Source: an uncultured Pseudobdellovibrionaceae bacterium
Lineage (GTDB): Bacteria; Bdellovibrionota; Bdellovibrionia; Bdellovibrionales; JAGQZY01
Length of the DNA stretch: 64,000 nucleotides
Assembly (NCBI GenBank): GCA_964588335.1
Contig: CAZPOV010000011.1
Location: forward strand, 6,784 to 70,783
Direction of reading: 5' to 3'
Shown here: in pieces, positions 37,654 through 46,805 of the stretch
Layout: the number at the start of each line of letters is the position of its first letter
Position numbering within the stretch: the first letter of the stretch is position 1
Notes under the pieces: generated by a model
Databases searched by the model: none
What the model was told of the DNA's origin: nothing
What the model saw: only the letters and a program-made list of their open reading frames with translations
Made by a program: the position numbers and the translations under genes

Positions 37654-38478
37654 CTAGAAGTACGAGCCTTCGTCATCTTCGTCAAAATCATTGTCATCAT
37701 CAAGATCGTCGAAGGGGTTGAGTTCGGGGTCATCAAAGAGGTCATCGTCCTCTTGTTCATCTTCTTCAGCTTCTTCAAATTCATCGGAGTCGTCAGTGCT
37801 TCCCAGGCTATCCATATCGCCGCGAAGCTCTTCCATATCGCTCAAGTCATCTTCATCATCAAAGAAAGAGCGTTGCTTATCCTTGTCTTCCTCGACTTTA
37901 AATGGATTGGCACCAAGGATGGGCTTTTCATCCGTGTCTGAAGCCATGATGTCTTCAAACGAGGGAACAGCCGGTTTGGTTAAGACGCCACTGGCGGCCT
38001 CATCGTTGGCCTTGGCAACTTCTTTCTCGTCTTTTTTATTCTTCGGAGCAGGCTTTTTTTGAGCCGTTTTTTTAGAGGCTTTCTTTTTAGAAACCTTCTT
38101 TTTCGCTTTTTTCTTTGTAGTTTTTTTCTTAGCCTTTTTTTTCGTCTTCTTAGCCGCTTTTTTCTTGGCCTTCTTTTTAGACGTCGCTTTCTTTTTAGCC
38201 TTCTTTTTCGAAGCTTTCTTGGTGGCTTTTTTCTTAGCCTTCTTCTTTACCTTCTTTTTAGCTTTTTTGCGGGTCGTTTTCTTTTTAACCTTTTTACGGG
38301 TTGTTTTCTTTTTGGCCTTCTTTTTAGAGGCTTTCTTCGAACCCTTTTTACGAGGCGCTTTCTTTTTTGGTGCCTTTTTCTTACGAGTCGGCGCCTTTTT
38401 CTTGTTGGCCTTCTTTTTACGGCCTGGTGCCTTCTTTTTAATCACTTTTTTGCGTGTGGTTTTCTTCTTCTTTGCCAT
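37654..38478 (-). CDS. charge-segregated protein: histone-H1-like Lys/Ala-rich N-terminal half, poly-acidic C-terminal tail
   Basis: Longest ORF over the tract (274 aa), ATG preceded by GGGGGA ~10 nt upstream. AKKKKTTRKKVIKKKAPGRKKKANKKKAPTRKKKAPKKKAPRKK... for ~150 aa, then ...FFDDEDDLSDMEELRGDMDSLGSTDDSDEFEEAEEDEQEDDDLFDDPELNPFDDLDDDNDFDEDDEGSYF. Confidence 0.65.
   Translation of the reverse strand: MAKKKKTTRKKVIKKKAPGRKKKANKKKAPTRKKKAPKKKAPRKKGSKKASKKKAKKKTTRKKVKKKTTRKKAKKKVKKKAKKKATKKASKKKAKKKATSKKKAKKKAAKKTKKKAKKKTTKKKAKKKVSKKKASKKTAQKKPAPKNKKDEKEVAKANDEAASGVLTKPAVPSFEDIMASDTDEKPILGANPFKVEEDKDKQRSFFDDEDDLSDMEELRGDMDSLGSTDDSDEFEEAEEDEQEDDDLFDDPELNPFDDLDDDNDFDEDDEGSYF
38029..38475 (-). 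repeat. low-complexity AAG/AAA/GCC codon tract (imperfect KKKA/KKKT repeats)
   Basis: The plus strand is almost pure pyrimidine-rich (ctttttagcc ttctttttcg aagctttctt...) for ~450 nt. The repeats are imperfect tandem units without fixed spacers. Confidence 0.7.
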
Positions 38479-38633
38479 AGTACAGAAATCCCCCGTCGGA
38501 TTTACATTTGCGAAAGGCTTATTTTCGATAGGTGGCTATAATTGTCAAAAGGAAACCGATTTAACGCGCCCGCCACAGAATACTGGCCGGTGATTTGGGC
38601 TTAAAACGAACAAGTGATCTTATTTGCTCCGGT

Positions 38634-38668
38634 CAAAAAAACAGGAGGGACCCCCATGATCCCTCCTG
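38634..38668 (-). terminator. rho-independent terminator after fliC
   Basis: On the minus strand CAGGAGGGA-loop-TCCCTCCTG is followed by TTTTTTT (plus strand aaaaaaaCAGGAGGGAcccccatgaTCCCTCCTG). Confidence 0.8.
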
Positions 38669-38684
38669 AAACGGGCAATTAAGT

Positions 38685-39518
38685 TTATCCTAGAAGTTGC
38701 AAAGCAAGTTGATTCTTCTGATTAGCCTGAGCTAACGTTGCGGTATTTGCCTGCATTAAAATTTGGCTACTTGTTAAGTTCGCAGTCTCAGCAGCGATGT
38801 CTGTATCGCGGATTCGACTGTTGGCAGCAGAAAGATTTTCTTCCATGCTTGATAGATTCGAAACAGTGGAGTTGAAGCGGTTTTGCACGGCACCGATATT
38901 GGCGCGAATTCTATTCACTTCAGTTTGCGCGGCATCCAGTTCAGCAAGACCTGTTTGCGCACCCGCTTTGTCTGAAAAATCAAGGGAAGCTAATCCAAGG
39001 GCGTCGATTGTTGCGACGTTGGTTGAGCCGTCCCAGCTGATTCGATCAGATGAGTCACTGTTAAAGATTCCCACTTGGAAGTCAAACTGAGGAGTTGAAC
39101 CATCAAGAAGATTGGTTGATCCCCATTTCGTAGTTTCAGAAATTCTCTGCATTTCTTCTTTAAGTTGAGCGACCTCTGCGTTGATAAAGCCTCTTTCATC
39201 GGCTCCAACTGTGTCAGAAGCGGCTTGGATGCCTAACTCACGAAGACGGATAACGATATTTCCAATCTCATTCAAACCACCTTCAGCAGTTTGCACTAAA
39301 GAGATGGCATCGTTGGTGTTTCTTTTGGCTTGGCTGGCTGAACGAATTTGCGCCTTTAAGCCTTCAGAAATGGCTAGACCGGCAGCATCGTCAGCGGCTT
39401 TGTTAATTCGGCTTCCAGAAGCTAGTTTCTCAAAACTGCTTTGGATCGCTAGGTTATTTTTCTGCATGGTTCGGTGAGCATTGATCGCCGACATATTGGT
39501 AGCAACTCGCATAGACAT
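38685..39518 (-). CDS. fliC: flagellin
   Basis: Conserved N-terminus MSMRVATNMSAINAHRTMQKN...LASGSRINKAADDAAGLAISE and C-terminus SRIRDTDIAAETANLTSSQILMQANTATLAQANQ. Strong RBS GGGAGGA. Confidence 0.9.
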   Translation of the reverse strand: MSMRVATNMSAINAHRTMQKNNLAIQSSFEKLASGSRINKAADDAAGLAISEGLKAQIRSASQAKRNTNDAISLVQTAEGGLNEIGNIVIRLRELGIQAASDTVGADERGFINAEVAQLKEEMQRISETTKWGSTNLLDGSTPQFDFQVGIFNSDSSDRISWDGSTNVATIDALGLASLDFSDKAGAQTGLAELDAAQTEVNRIRANIGAVQNRFNSTVSNLSSMEENLSAANSRIRDTDIAAETANLTSSQILMQANTATLAQANQKNQLALQLLG

Positions 39519-39572
39519 ATTTGTTTCCTCCCGTTTTTTCTAAAAAAACTTTTGTCATTTTTAACACCCCAC

Positions 39573-39599
39573 TATTCGGGAGTTGCGTTAGCTTCTTGA
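39573..39599 (-). promoter_or_regulatory. possible sigma-28 (FliA)-type promoter for fliC
   Basis: The minus strand reads TCAA-N15-CCCGAATA versus consensus TAAA-N15-GCCGATAA (3/4 and 5/8 matches), ~50 nt upstream of the fliC ATG. Confidence 0.3.
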
Positions 39600-39736
39600 C
39601 GAGACTTGAGTCTGGAATAGGACTTTCCGTCTACTTTCTAGGCCGACGTCCTAAGGCATAGGTCTTGATTTCAAGAGGAAGGTCGAGGAATAAAGTGGTA
39701 AGAATCCAACAATTCTTTGGTCGATCGAAGACTTTT

Positions 39737-40636
39737 TTATTGTTTTAGTGTCAAAAACAGCTGCTCGACCAACCACTGTGGGTCATCTTCCATGGGCAAA
39801 TGTCCAGCCCATGGATGAATGATAATGTTTTTTGTGGCGAATTTATCGATCATCATTTTAGTCAATTTGCGATTAATGACTTGATCGTGGTCGGCAAATA
39901 TAACGTAAACATCTTTGTCGAGTTGATCGAGGCAGTTCCAGACTCGCCAATCACTAATGATATTAAGGGCTGAGGCAAAGCTAACGTGGGCGGCAGGGTC
40001 CATGTAGGGACGGTAGTAGGATTGAATCATCTCATCTGATATTTGCCCAGGGTCTTTTAATGAACGCACCAAGATTCTTTTGATGGCATTGGCCGTCAAT
40101 ACCAATGGTGTCAGTTTGGCGATCCAAGCGAAACGTCGTAGCCAATCAGAAACTAAGCTGGGATGAGCGGAGGGTGTAATGGCAATGCATTTTTTCACTC
40201 TCTTATTGTTATGCTTAAGCCACAAACCAATTTCTGCGCCCATCGAGTGTCCAACAATGTGGAAGTCTTTGATTTTTAAATAGTCCATGAGCTCGATAAT
40301 CACATCCGACTGTGAATCGAGAGTCATAGGTGCTGACATTTTCTTCGAGCTGTTGCCAAAACCCCATAAATCTATAGAGATCACCTGGTATTTCGACGCC
40401 AGTTCCGGAGCAATTTTTCGCCAGCAATAAGTGGAGGCTCCCAGACCATGCATCAAAACAACGGCGGGTCCCTTTTTGCCGTAAAGCTTGTAAAAGATCG
40501 ACCCTTGCTGACTTTCAAATTGCAATCCTTCAGACGGTTCAACGCCCTCTCTCTTTAAATAAAGAAAGACAACCCCAAGTCCAATAACTAAGAAGATGCC
40601 GCTCAACAATAATATTAAGGTCAGAGTATGACTCAC
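39737..40636 (-). CDS. alpha/beta-fold hydrolase with N-terminal membrane anchor
   Basis: HGLGAS oxyanion block and nucleophile elbow GHSMGAEIG. GTG start overlapping the upstream stop (TAGTG). Confidence 0.75.
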   Translation of the reverse strand: MSHTLTLILLLSGIFLVIGLGVVFLYLKREGVEPSEGLQFESQQGSIFYKLYGKKGPAVVLMHGLGASTYCWRKIAPELASKYQVISIDLWGFGNSSKKMSAPMTLDSQSDVIIELMDYLKIKDFHIVGHSMGAEIGLWLKHNNKRVKKCIAITPSAHPSLVSDWLRRFAWIAKLTPLVLTANAIKRILVRSLKDPGQISDEMIQSYYRPYMDPAAHVSFASALNIISDWRVWNCLDQLDKDVYVIFADHDQVINRKLTKMMIDKFATKNIIIHPWAGHLPMEDDPQWLVEQLFLTLKQ

Positions 40637-40893
40637 TAATCGATCTCTAGAAAACGGCAGAACGCCATGTGACCAGTCAGATTAAAAGTCTCGTGTTGCT
40701 GGTTGAGGCGATGGGGAGCGGTCGGCATACCCATCAGGCACAGGTCTTTTTCGGGATCAAAAAAAGAGCAGTGCTCACAGGCGTAAGTTAAAGGTAAGTT
40801 ATTGAAATCAGAGGCTTGGACGCGATCGAGTTTGATCGTTCGGCGTATTCTTTTGGGCGTGAAGGCCCCTGGATTTTGACCATTTTGTGACAT
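40636..40893 (-). CDS. small Cys/His-containing hypothetical protein
   Basis: Preferred start MSQNGQ (ATG at 40893) has GGAG 7 nt upstream. Contains CEHCSFFDPEKDLC...H...H...C. Translationally coupled to the downstream hydrolase. Confidence 0.4.
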   Translation of the reverse strand: MSQNGQNPGAFTPKRIRRTIKLDRVQASDFNNLPLTYACEHCSFFDPEKDLCLMGMPTAPHRLNQQHETFNLTGHMAFCRFLEID

Positions 40894-40919
40894 TGACAAC
40901 TCCGAAATCGGCCCCATCT
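40893..40919 (+). promoter_or_regulatory. sigma-32 (heat-shock)-type promoter for clpB
   Basis: TTGACA-N13-CCCCATCT versus consensus (C)TTGAAA-N13-17-CCCCATNT, ending ~40 nt upstream of the clpB ATG. Confidence 0.5.
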
Positions 40920-40960
40920 TAAGTATATAGAATGAAGATGTAAACCACTTTGAGGACAGC

Positions 40961-43543
40961 ATGAACGATATAGAAAAAATGACAGTTCCAGCAAAACAAA
41001 CGATGCAGAAAGCCGCGAAGACGGCAGAGAAGTTGTCTCACTCATCGGTTGAGCCAGAGCATTTGCTCGCACAAATTTTCTCTGAGCCCACCCATCGTAT
41101 TTCGGATCTATTAAAAGCCATTGGCGCCAATCGCAGTGAGCTGATTGCGGCCTTGAAAGGGCGTCTTGATGGAATGCCCAAAGTAACGGCTGGACAGTCC
41201 AACCTGCTAGCCAGTCAACGATTGCAATCTCTTTTTAAGTTCAGCGAAGGTTTAGCTGGTGAGCTTGGTGATGGTTTCATTTCGGTGGAACATTTTTTCG
41301 TCTGTTCACTCAAAATGGGAGATCGTGAACTCAATCAATTGTATAAAAAGCTCAACATCGAAGAAACCAAAGTGATGGAGGCCTACACCGAATTAAGAGG
41401 TGGCGAAACCATTCAAAGTGAGAATCCCGACGGTGACTACAAAGTTTTAGAGAAATACACCCGTGATTTGACTCAATTGGCAGGTGAAGGAAAGCTTGAT
41501 CCTGTGATCGGTCGAAATGAAGAGATCCGACGAACCATTCAAGTTTTGGCTCGTCGGAAAAAGAACAATCCGGTACTCATCGGCGAACCCGGAGTCGGTA
41601 AAACAGCCATTGCCGAAGGATTGGCGCTGCGAATTATTAGCAAAGATGTTCCCGAAGTCTTAAACGACAAAAGAATTCTGAGCCTTGATATGGGCTCGTT
41701 GGTCGCTGGTGCCAAATATCGAGGAGAATTTGAGGAGCGCTTAAAAGGCGTTATCAAAGAAGTTCAAAACGCCAATGGTGAGATCATTCTCTTCATTGAC
41801 GAGCTTCATACTCTGGTGGGGGCTGGCAAAACCGATGGCGCCATGGATGCCGGACAATTATTAAAGCCGGCGCTGGCTCGCGGAGAGTTGCGTTGTATTG
41901 GCGCCACCACCCTTGATGAGTATCGAGAGTACATCGAAAAAGACAAAGCCCTGGAAAGACGGTTTCAAACCGTTTTCGTTGGTGAACCTTCGGTGCAGGA
42001 TACCATAACGATTTTAAGAGGCTTGAAAGACAAATACGAAGTGCATCACGGAGTGAAAATCACAGACGCGGCTTTGATTGCAGCGGCACAGCTGTCCGAT
42101 CGTTATATTGCTAACCGGTTTTTACCGGACAAAGCCATCGATCTGGTGGATGAAGCGGCTAGTAAGCTGAGTATGGAGATCAAGTCTGTGCCGGTTGAAA
42201 TTGATCGCGTCCAGCGTGATATCATGCAGCTGCAAATCGAAGAGCAGGCCCTTAAAAATGAAAACTCGAATCCGAAACGACTGGGAGAGCTAGAAAGTGA
42301 GATTAAAGAGCTTCAAGCCCAATTGGAAACTTTAGAGCGTCAATGGAATAAAGAACGCCAAAGTATTGAAGGACTAAAAGAGGTCAAGCGAAGAATTGAA
42401 GAGATCAAAGCGCAAATTGAAATTGCCGAGCGCGAGGGCAACCTAGAGAAAGCGGCCCAATTGAAGTACGGCGAGCTGCCAAATTTAGAAAAAGAAAAAG
42501 AAAATCTCGATCAAGCCTCATCGGAAAAAGAAAAAGAAGACGATGACAAAAAGCTGTTGCGTGAAATTGTCGACCCCGAATTGATTTCACAAGTGGTGTC
42601 CAGTTGGACCGGAATTCCAGTCGATAAAATGATCAAGAGCGAGACCGAAAAACTTCTCGAAATGGAAAAGCTCTTAGGAGGCCGTGTGGTCGGACAGGAC
42701 CAAGCGCTTGAGGTTGTCTCGGATGCCATTCGCCGATCCCGTTCGGCCTTGTCAGATCCCAACAAACCGATTGGCTCTTTTCTGTTTCTGGGGCCTACGG
42801 GTGTTGGAAAAACCGAAGTTGTTAAAGCATTGGCTGAATTCATGTTTGATACCGAAGAGAATATTGTTCGCATCGATATGAGTGAATACATGGAGAAACA
42901 TTCGGTGTCTCGTCTAATAGGAGCGCCTCCCGGATACGTTGGATACGATGAGGGCGGACAATTGACCGAAGCGGTTCGCCGTCGTCCTTATTCGGTGGTT
43001 TTGCTTGACGAGGTTGAAAAGGCTCACAAAGATGTCTTTAATATCTTGTTGCAGGTTTTTGATGAAGGCCGGTTGACGGATGGTCAAGGGCGAACTGTTG
43101 ATTTTAAAAATACAATTATCATCATGACGTCCAATGTGGGGTCGGAATTTATTATGGACGATAAGCTCACTGATGAGCAGATTGAAAATAAAATCGATGA
43201 AACCTTAGCCAGCTACTTTCGACCGGAATTTTTAAACCGAATTGATGAGCGCGTGGTCTTTAAGAAGCTCAGCCAAGAAAACCTTCACGGAATTGTTAAA
43301 ATTCAGTTGAATCGATTTATCAAACGGTTGGCCGAACAAGAAATTAACATTGAGCTCGACGATGCCGCTGTCGAGTACCTTGCTAAAAAAGGTTATGATC
43401 CCACATTCGGTGCGCGGCCCTTGAAGAGAGTGATACAGAAAGAAATTGTCAATGTTCTGTCGCGAAAGTTGCTCGCAGGTGAGATCAATAAAGGCGATAC
43501 CGTTAAGGTTAAGGGACATGATCTGGGGCTTAAATTTTCCTAA
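40961..43543 (+). CDS. clpB: ATP-dependent disaggregase ClpB
   Basis: Clp N repeats, two AAA+ modules ([16 protein letters not shown]), a long coiled-coil middle domain and ATTLDEYR. Confidence 0.95.
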   Translation: MNDIEKMTVPAKQTMQKAAKTAEKLSHSSVEPEHLLAQIFSEPTHRISDLLKAIGANRSELIAALKGRLDGMPKVTAGQSNLLASQRLQSLFKFSEGLAGELGDGFISVEHFFVCSLKMGDRELNQLYKKLNIEETKVMEAYTELRGGETIQSENPDGDYKVLEKYTRDLTQLAGEGKLDPVIGRNEEIRRTIQVLARRKKNNPVLIGEPGVGKTAIAEGLALRIISKDVPEVLNDKRILSLDMGSLVAGAKYRGEFEERLKGVIKEVQNANGEIILFIDELHTLVGAGKTDGAMDAGQLLKPALARGELRCIGATTLDEYREYIEKDKALERRFQTVFVGEPSVQDTITILRGLKDKYEVHHGVKITDAALIAAAQLSDRYIANRFLPDKAIDLVDEAASKLSMEIKSVPVEIDRVQRDIMQLQIEEQALKNENSNPKRLGELESEIKELQAQLETLERQWNKERQSIEGLKEVKRRIEEIKAQIEIAEREGNLEKAAQLKYGELPNLEKEKENLDQASSEKEKEDDDKKLLREIVDPELISQVVSSWTGIPVDKMIKSETEKLLEMEKLLGGRVVGQDQALEVVSDAIRRSRSALSDPNKPIGSFLFLGPTGVGKTEVVKALAEFMFDTEENIVRIDMSEYMEKHSVSRLIGAPPGYVGYDEGGQLTEAVRRRPYSVVLLDEVEKAHKDVFNILLQVFDEGRLTDGQGRTVDFKNTIIIMTSNVGSEFIMDDKLTDEQIENKIDETLASYFRPEFLNRIDERVVFKKLSQENLHGIVKIQLNRFIKRLAEQEINIELDDAAVEYLAKKGYDPTFGARPLKRVIQKEIVNVLSRKLLAGEINKGDTVKVKGHDLGLKFS

Positions 43544-43593
43544 GCCCTTGAACCTCTGATTGCATTCTGCAAAAAAGTGGCTAAACTATTTTC

Positions 43594-44487
43594 ATGTGGA
43601 AAGCCATCAAATACTTGTTTTATGCGTACGTCATTATCCTGGCTGGCTTTGTCACTTACAAAGGTCTTCTCACTCGCAGTTTTGGCGGCCTTAAAGTTCC
43701 ATTCGTTGCCCCAGAAAAGAAATGCTACCAAGGGGGCAAGGATTGGAAATACTGCGTTTTTTTAACTCCCACCACTGACACTACGACTTTTCTCTACAGC
43801 TTCCACGGGCGGGGAGGTGATGAAAATTTTTGGAGTGAAGGTAAAGGCTATACGGCCCTTTTGCAAAATGTATGGCAAAAGCAGTTGGCCAAGGTGCCTT
43901 TAGTGATCACAGTTTCGTTCGGAGAAACTTGGGTTGTTAGCAAAAAGATGAGTAAAGACGACACCGGACTGATGGAGAGATTTCAAAACGAAGTGTTTCC
44001 GATCATCGAAAAGAGTATCGGTCGACCGCAACAAAGAATGTTGATTGGTAACTCAATGGGGGCGTTGAATGCGTTGACGGTTGCTCTAGAAATGCCTCGC
44101 CACTTTCAGAAAGTGGCGGCCTTATGTCCGCCGCTGTTTAAAATTAGTCCTTTTGATCGATGGCACAAATTGATGAACTTTGCGCACCGGACCGGCGCTC
44201 ATCCTCAATCGATTCTTACCATTGTTGGCTTGGGGCGCCGCTTGTTTGTGAATGTTGATGAATGGCTGCAATTCAATCCTTTGGAGAAAGTGAAAACAGT
44301 TTCTTTCGAATCTCGTCCACAGTTTTATTTAACAGCTGGCACCCGTGATGAATTTGGCCTTTATGAGGGTGTTGAAGCCTTTGTTTTACAGCTGCAAAAG
44401 ACCCGCGCCATGACCTACTGGCACCCCAACACGGGGAACCATTGCTCGGTGGATATCAAATCTTTGGCCAACTTTCTCGAAATCTAG
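43594..44487 (+). CDS. putative esterase (esterase D / PF00756-like)
   Basis: FHGRGGDENFW block and nucleophile elbow GNSMGALNAL. N-terminal hydrophobic anchor. Confidence 0.65.
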   Translation: MWKAIKYLFYAYVIILAGFVTYKGLLTRSFGGLKVPFVAPEKKCYQGGKDWKYCVFLTPTTDTTTFLYSFHGRGGDENFWSEGKGYTALLQNVWQKQLAKVPLVITVSFGETWVVSKKMSKDDTGLMERFQNEVFPIIEKSIGRPQQRMLIGNSMGALNALTVALEMPRHFQKVAALCPPLFKISPFDRWHKLMNFAHRTGAHPQSILTIVGLGRRLFVNVDEWLQFNPLEKVKTVSFESRPQFYLTAGTRDEFGLYEGVEAFVLQLQKTRAMTYWHPNTGNHCSVDIKSLANFLEI

Positions 44488-44594
44488 AAGTTAAGTTATT
44501 GAAATCACTTGAAAAAAGCTTTTCGACGCTTATTGACAATGGGAATCAAAAACCATATTCTCCCAGCAAATTCAGGCTGTTGGAGGAACCACTC

Positions 44595-45194
44595 TTGTTC
44601 ACTGGAATTATTGAAGACAAAGCAACGATCTTGCAGGTTCTTCCAAAGGACCAAGCGATTCAAATCGTGGTGGCACGACCACCGGAATTTGATGACTTAA
44701 GTATTGGTGACAGCGTGGCCTGCAACGGTGTCTGTTTAACTGTTGAAGCTTTTAATTCTGAAACAATGATGTTTACGATTGGCTATGAAACTTTACAAAT
44801 CACCCATTGGGACCCACAGCAGTTGGAGTCTCGAACTCTTAATTTAGAAAGGTCGTTAAAGTTTGGTGATCGTATCCATGGTCACTTGGTTTCTGGACAT
44901 GTCGACACCACTACGACGTTGGTTAAAAAGCAGTGGGCGGGTGAATGTTTGCTTTTGGATTTCGAAGTGCCCGCCCGTTTTGCCAAGCTGATTTGGGAAA
45001 AATCCAGTGTGGCTATCAATGGTGTTTCGTTAACCGTCAACAGCATACAGGATAATATTTTTCAAGTATGCCTTATCCCAGAAACTTTGCGTAAGACCAA
45101 CTTTGAAGAAATCAATGAATCGTCAAAAGTGAACCTAGAGACGGACTATTACATGAAGGGGCTGTTGAAATCCCAAGGAGCAATAAATGCATAG
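44595..45194 (+). CDS. ribE: riboflavin synthase
   Basis: TTG start giving (M)[11 protein letters not shown], the canonical N-terminus, with RBS GGAGGA 8 nt upstream. Two lumazine-binding repeats ([25 protein letters not shown]). The tracked start at 44442 overlaps the esterase gene. Confidence 0.85.
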   Translation: MFTGIIEDKATILQVLPKDQAIQIVVARPPEFDDLSIGDSVACNGVCLTVEAFNSETMMFTIGYETLQITHWDPQQLESRTLNLERSLKFGDRIHGHLVSGHVDTTTTLVKKQWAGECLLLDFEVPARFAKLIWEKSSVAINGVSLTVNSIQDNIFQVCLIPETLRKTNFEEINESSKVNLETDYYMKGLLKSQGAINA

Positions 45195-46329
45195 TGCTAG
45201 AGAACTCATAGAAGATATTCGTAATGGACGAATGGTGATCCTGGTCGATGATGAGGATCGAGAGAATGAAGGAGACATTGTTTTAGCGGCTGATTTCGTG
45301 ACGCCGGCAATGATCAACTTCATGGCCAAAGAGGCACGAGGTTTGATTTGCTTAGCACTGACAGCGAACCAGATTGAAAAGCTAGGAATCCCTTTGATGG
45401 TTGGCAATCGCACCAACAACTCGCCAAACAAAACAGCTTTTACAGTTAGCATCGAAGCCTCAAAGGGAGTTTCCACCGGAATCTCAGCCGCCGACCGCGC
45501 CCATACGATTCGAGTCGCAGCCAGTCCCAGTGCCGAGCCTCAGGATGTCATCATGCCAGGACATGTGTTTCCTATTCGGGCGCAAAACGGGGGTGTTCTT
45601 AAAAGAGCCGGCCATACTGAGGGCAGTGTGGATCTGGCCAAATTAGCTGGCCTGAATCCAGCGGCCGTTATTTGTGAGATAATGAAAGAAGATGGCACCA
45701 TGGCTCGATTGGCTGACTTGCGTGAGTTTGCTGAAAAGTTTGATTTGAAAATCGGTACCATTGAAGATCTTATTTCTTATCGTCTTGAAAACGAAACTTT
45801 CATCAAAGAGGTGGCTGACGAACCTCTTCCCAATCCATTCAGTTCCGACTTTCGTGTCAAAGTCTTTAAAAATGTGATGGATGGGTCGGAGAATATTGTC
45901 ATTCAAAAAGGCCAAATTAAAAAAGACCAGCCCACCTTTGTAAGAGTGCAGGTTGAGAATGTTCTTGGTGATGTTTTACGCGGTGGAAATTATGACTCCC
46001 AGTCGCGGATTCATGGCATACTAGAGCAACTGGCCAAGCAGGACAGTGGTGTCTTTGTTTATCTTCGCAAAGAGGGCATGAGCTCGATTATTGCCGATCA
46101 GGTCAATTCCTTCGGCAAAAAGCCTAAGCCTCGGAAAATGGATCCTCGTGAATATGGTATTGGCGCTCAAATTTTACGCGCCTTGGGCGTTGGTAAAATC
46201 AATTTAGTCTCTAGAATGCCGCCGAAAAACATTGGTCTTAAAGGCTTTGGCCTTGAAATCGTGTCGGTGACTTCCACAGGTGAAGAGTCTGTGCCGGTGA
46301 CTGAAGAATCTGAACGAATTTTAAATTAG
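45187..46329 (+). CDS. ribBX: 3,4-dihydroxy-2-butanone-4-phosphate synthase fused to a degenerate GTP cyclohydrolase II-like domain (RibBX type)
   Basis: The N-terminal half is canonical RibB ([19 protein letters not shown]). The C-terminal half aligns to RibA but has VENVLGD for SECLTGD, NYDSQ for RCDCG and KEGMSSII for QEGRNIGL. Confidence 0.85.
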   Translation: MHSARELIEDIRNGRMVILVDDEDRENEGDIVLAADFVTPAMINFMAKEARGLICLALTANQIEKLGIPLMVGNRTNNSPNKTAFTVSIEASKGVSTGISAADRAHTIRVAASPSAEPQDVIMPGHVFPIRAQNGGVLKRAGHTEGSVDLAKLAGLNPAAVICEIMKEDGTMARLADLREFAEKFDLKIGTIEDLISYRLENETFIKEVADEPLPNPFSSDFRVKVFKNVMDGSENIVIQKGQIKKDQPTFVRVQVENVLGDVLRGGNYDSQSRIHGILEQLAKQDSGVFVYLRKEGMSSIIADQVNSFGKKPKPRKMDPREYGIGAQILRALGVGKINLVSRMPPKNIGLKGFGLEIVSVTSTGEESVPVTEESERILN

Positions 46330-46337
46330 GTGAAATT

Positions 46338-46805
46338 ATGAATGTGATACAAGCAAAGCCAGGTATGAGTACCCAGAAGAAAGTGGCCATTGTAACGGCA
46401 AAGTTCAATGAAGAGTTAACATTAAAGTTAGAGTCAGGAGCTATTGAGCAATTGGCGAAAAATGATCTACAGCCCTATGCTCGCGTCTACGTCCCGGGCG
46501 CTGTTGAAATTCCGTTGGCCGTCAAAAACCTTTTAGAAAAGGGGGATTGCGACGCTGTGGTGGCGCTCGGTATTGTGATTCGCGGCGAAACCAGTCATTA
46601 CGATTATGTTTGTAACTCTGTCGAAAGAGGATGCTCTGAGTTACAGCTGCAGTACAACAAGCCGGTGGCCTTTGGGGTGCTGACCACAGAGAATCGAGGG
46701 CAAGCAGAGGCGCGTTGTGGCGGCGCTAAAGGCAACAAAGGAGAAGAGGCAGCACAGGTCGCCTTAGATATGTTGCAAGTCATAGATTCCATCCTTAAAC
46801 TATAG
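46338..46805 (+). CDS. ribH: 6,7-dimethyl-8-ribityllumazine synthase
   Basis: VAIVTAKFNEE, VPGAVEIPLA, ALGIVIRGETSHYDYV and FGVLTT. Confidence 0.9.
   Translation: MNVIQAKPGMSTQKKVAIVTAKFNEELTLKLESGAIEQLAKNDLQPYARVYVPGAVEIPLAVKNLLEKGDCDAVVALGIVIRGETSHYDYVCNSVERGCSELQLQYNKPVAFGVLTTENRGQAEARCGGAKGNKGEEAAQVALDMLQVIDSILKL

Noticed and set aside
38029-38475. Repetitive tract considered as a CRISPR array or satellite
   Set aside because: The repeats are imperfect codon-level repeats inside an ORF. There are no fixed-length direct repeats with unique spacers.
37691-38593. Plus-strand ORFs with Ser-rich or Phe/Leu-rich low-complexity products (37691-38062, 38059-38541, 38165-38593)
   Set aside because: They are mirror images of the Asp/Glu- and Lys-rich minus-strand gene and are split over several frames. 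Only the minus-strand ORF spans the whole tract with a plausible RBS and ATG.
44488-44594. Possible FMN riboswitch upstream of ribE
   Set aside because: The spacer is only ~107 nt and AT-rich. None of the conserved RFN blocks (GGGGCGGGGTGAAATTCC-type G-rich stems, GGATGGGAGA end) are present.
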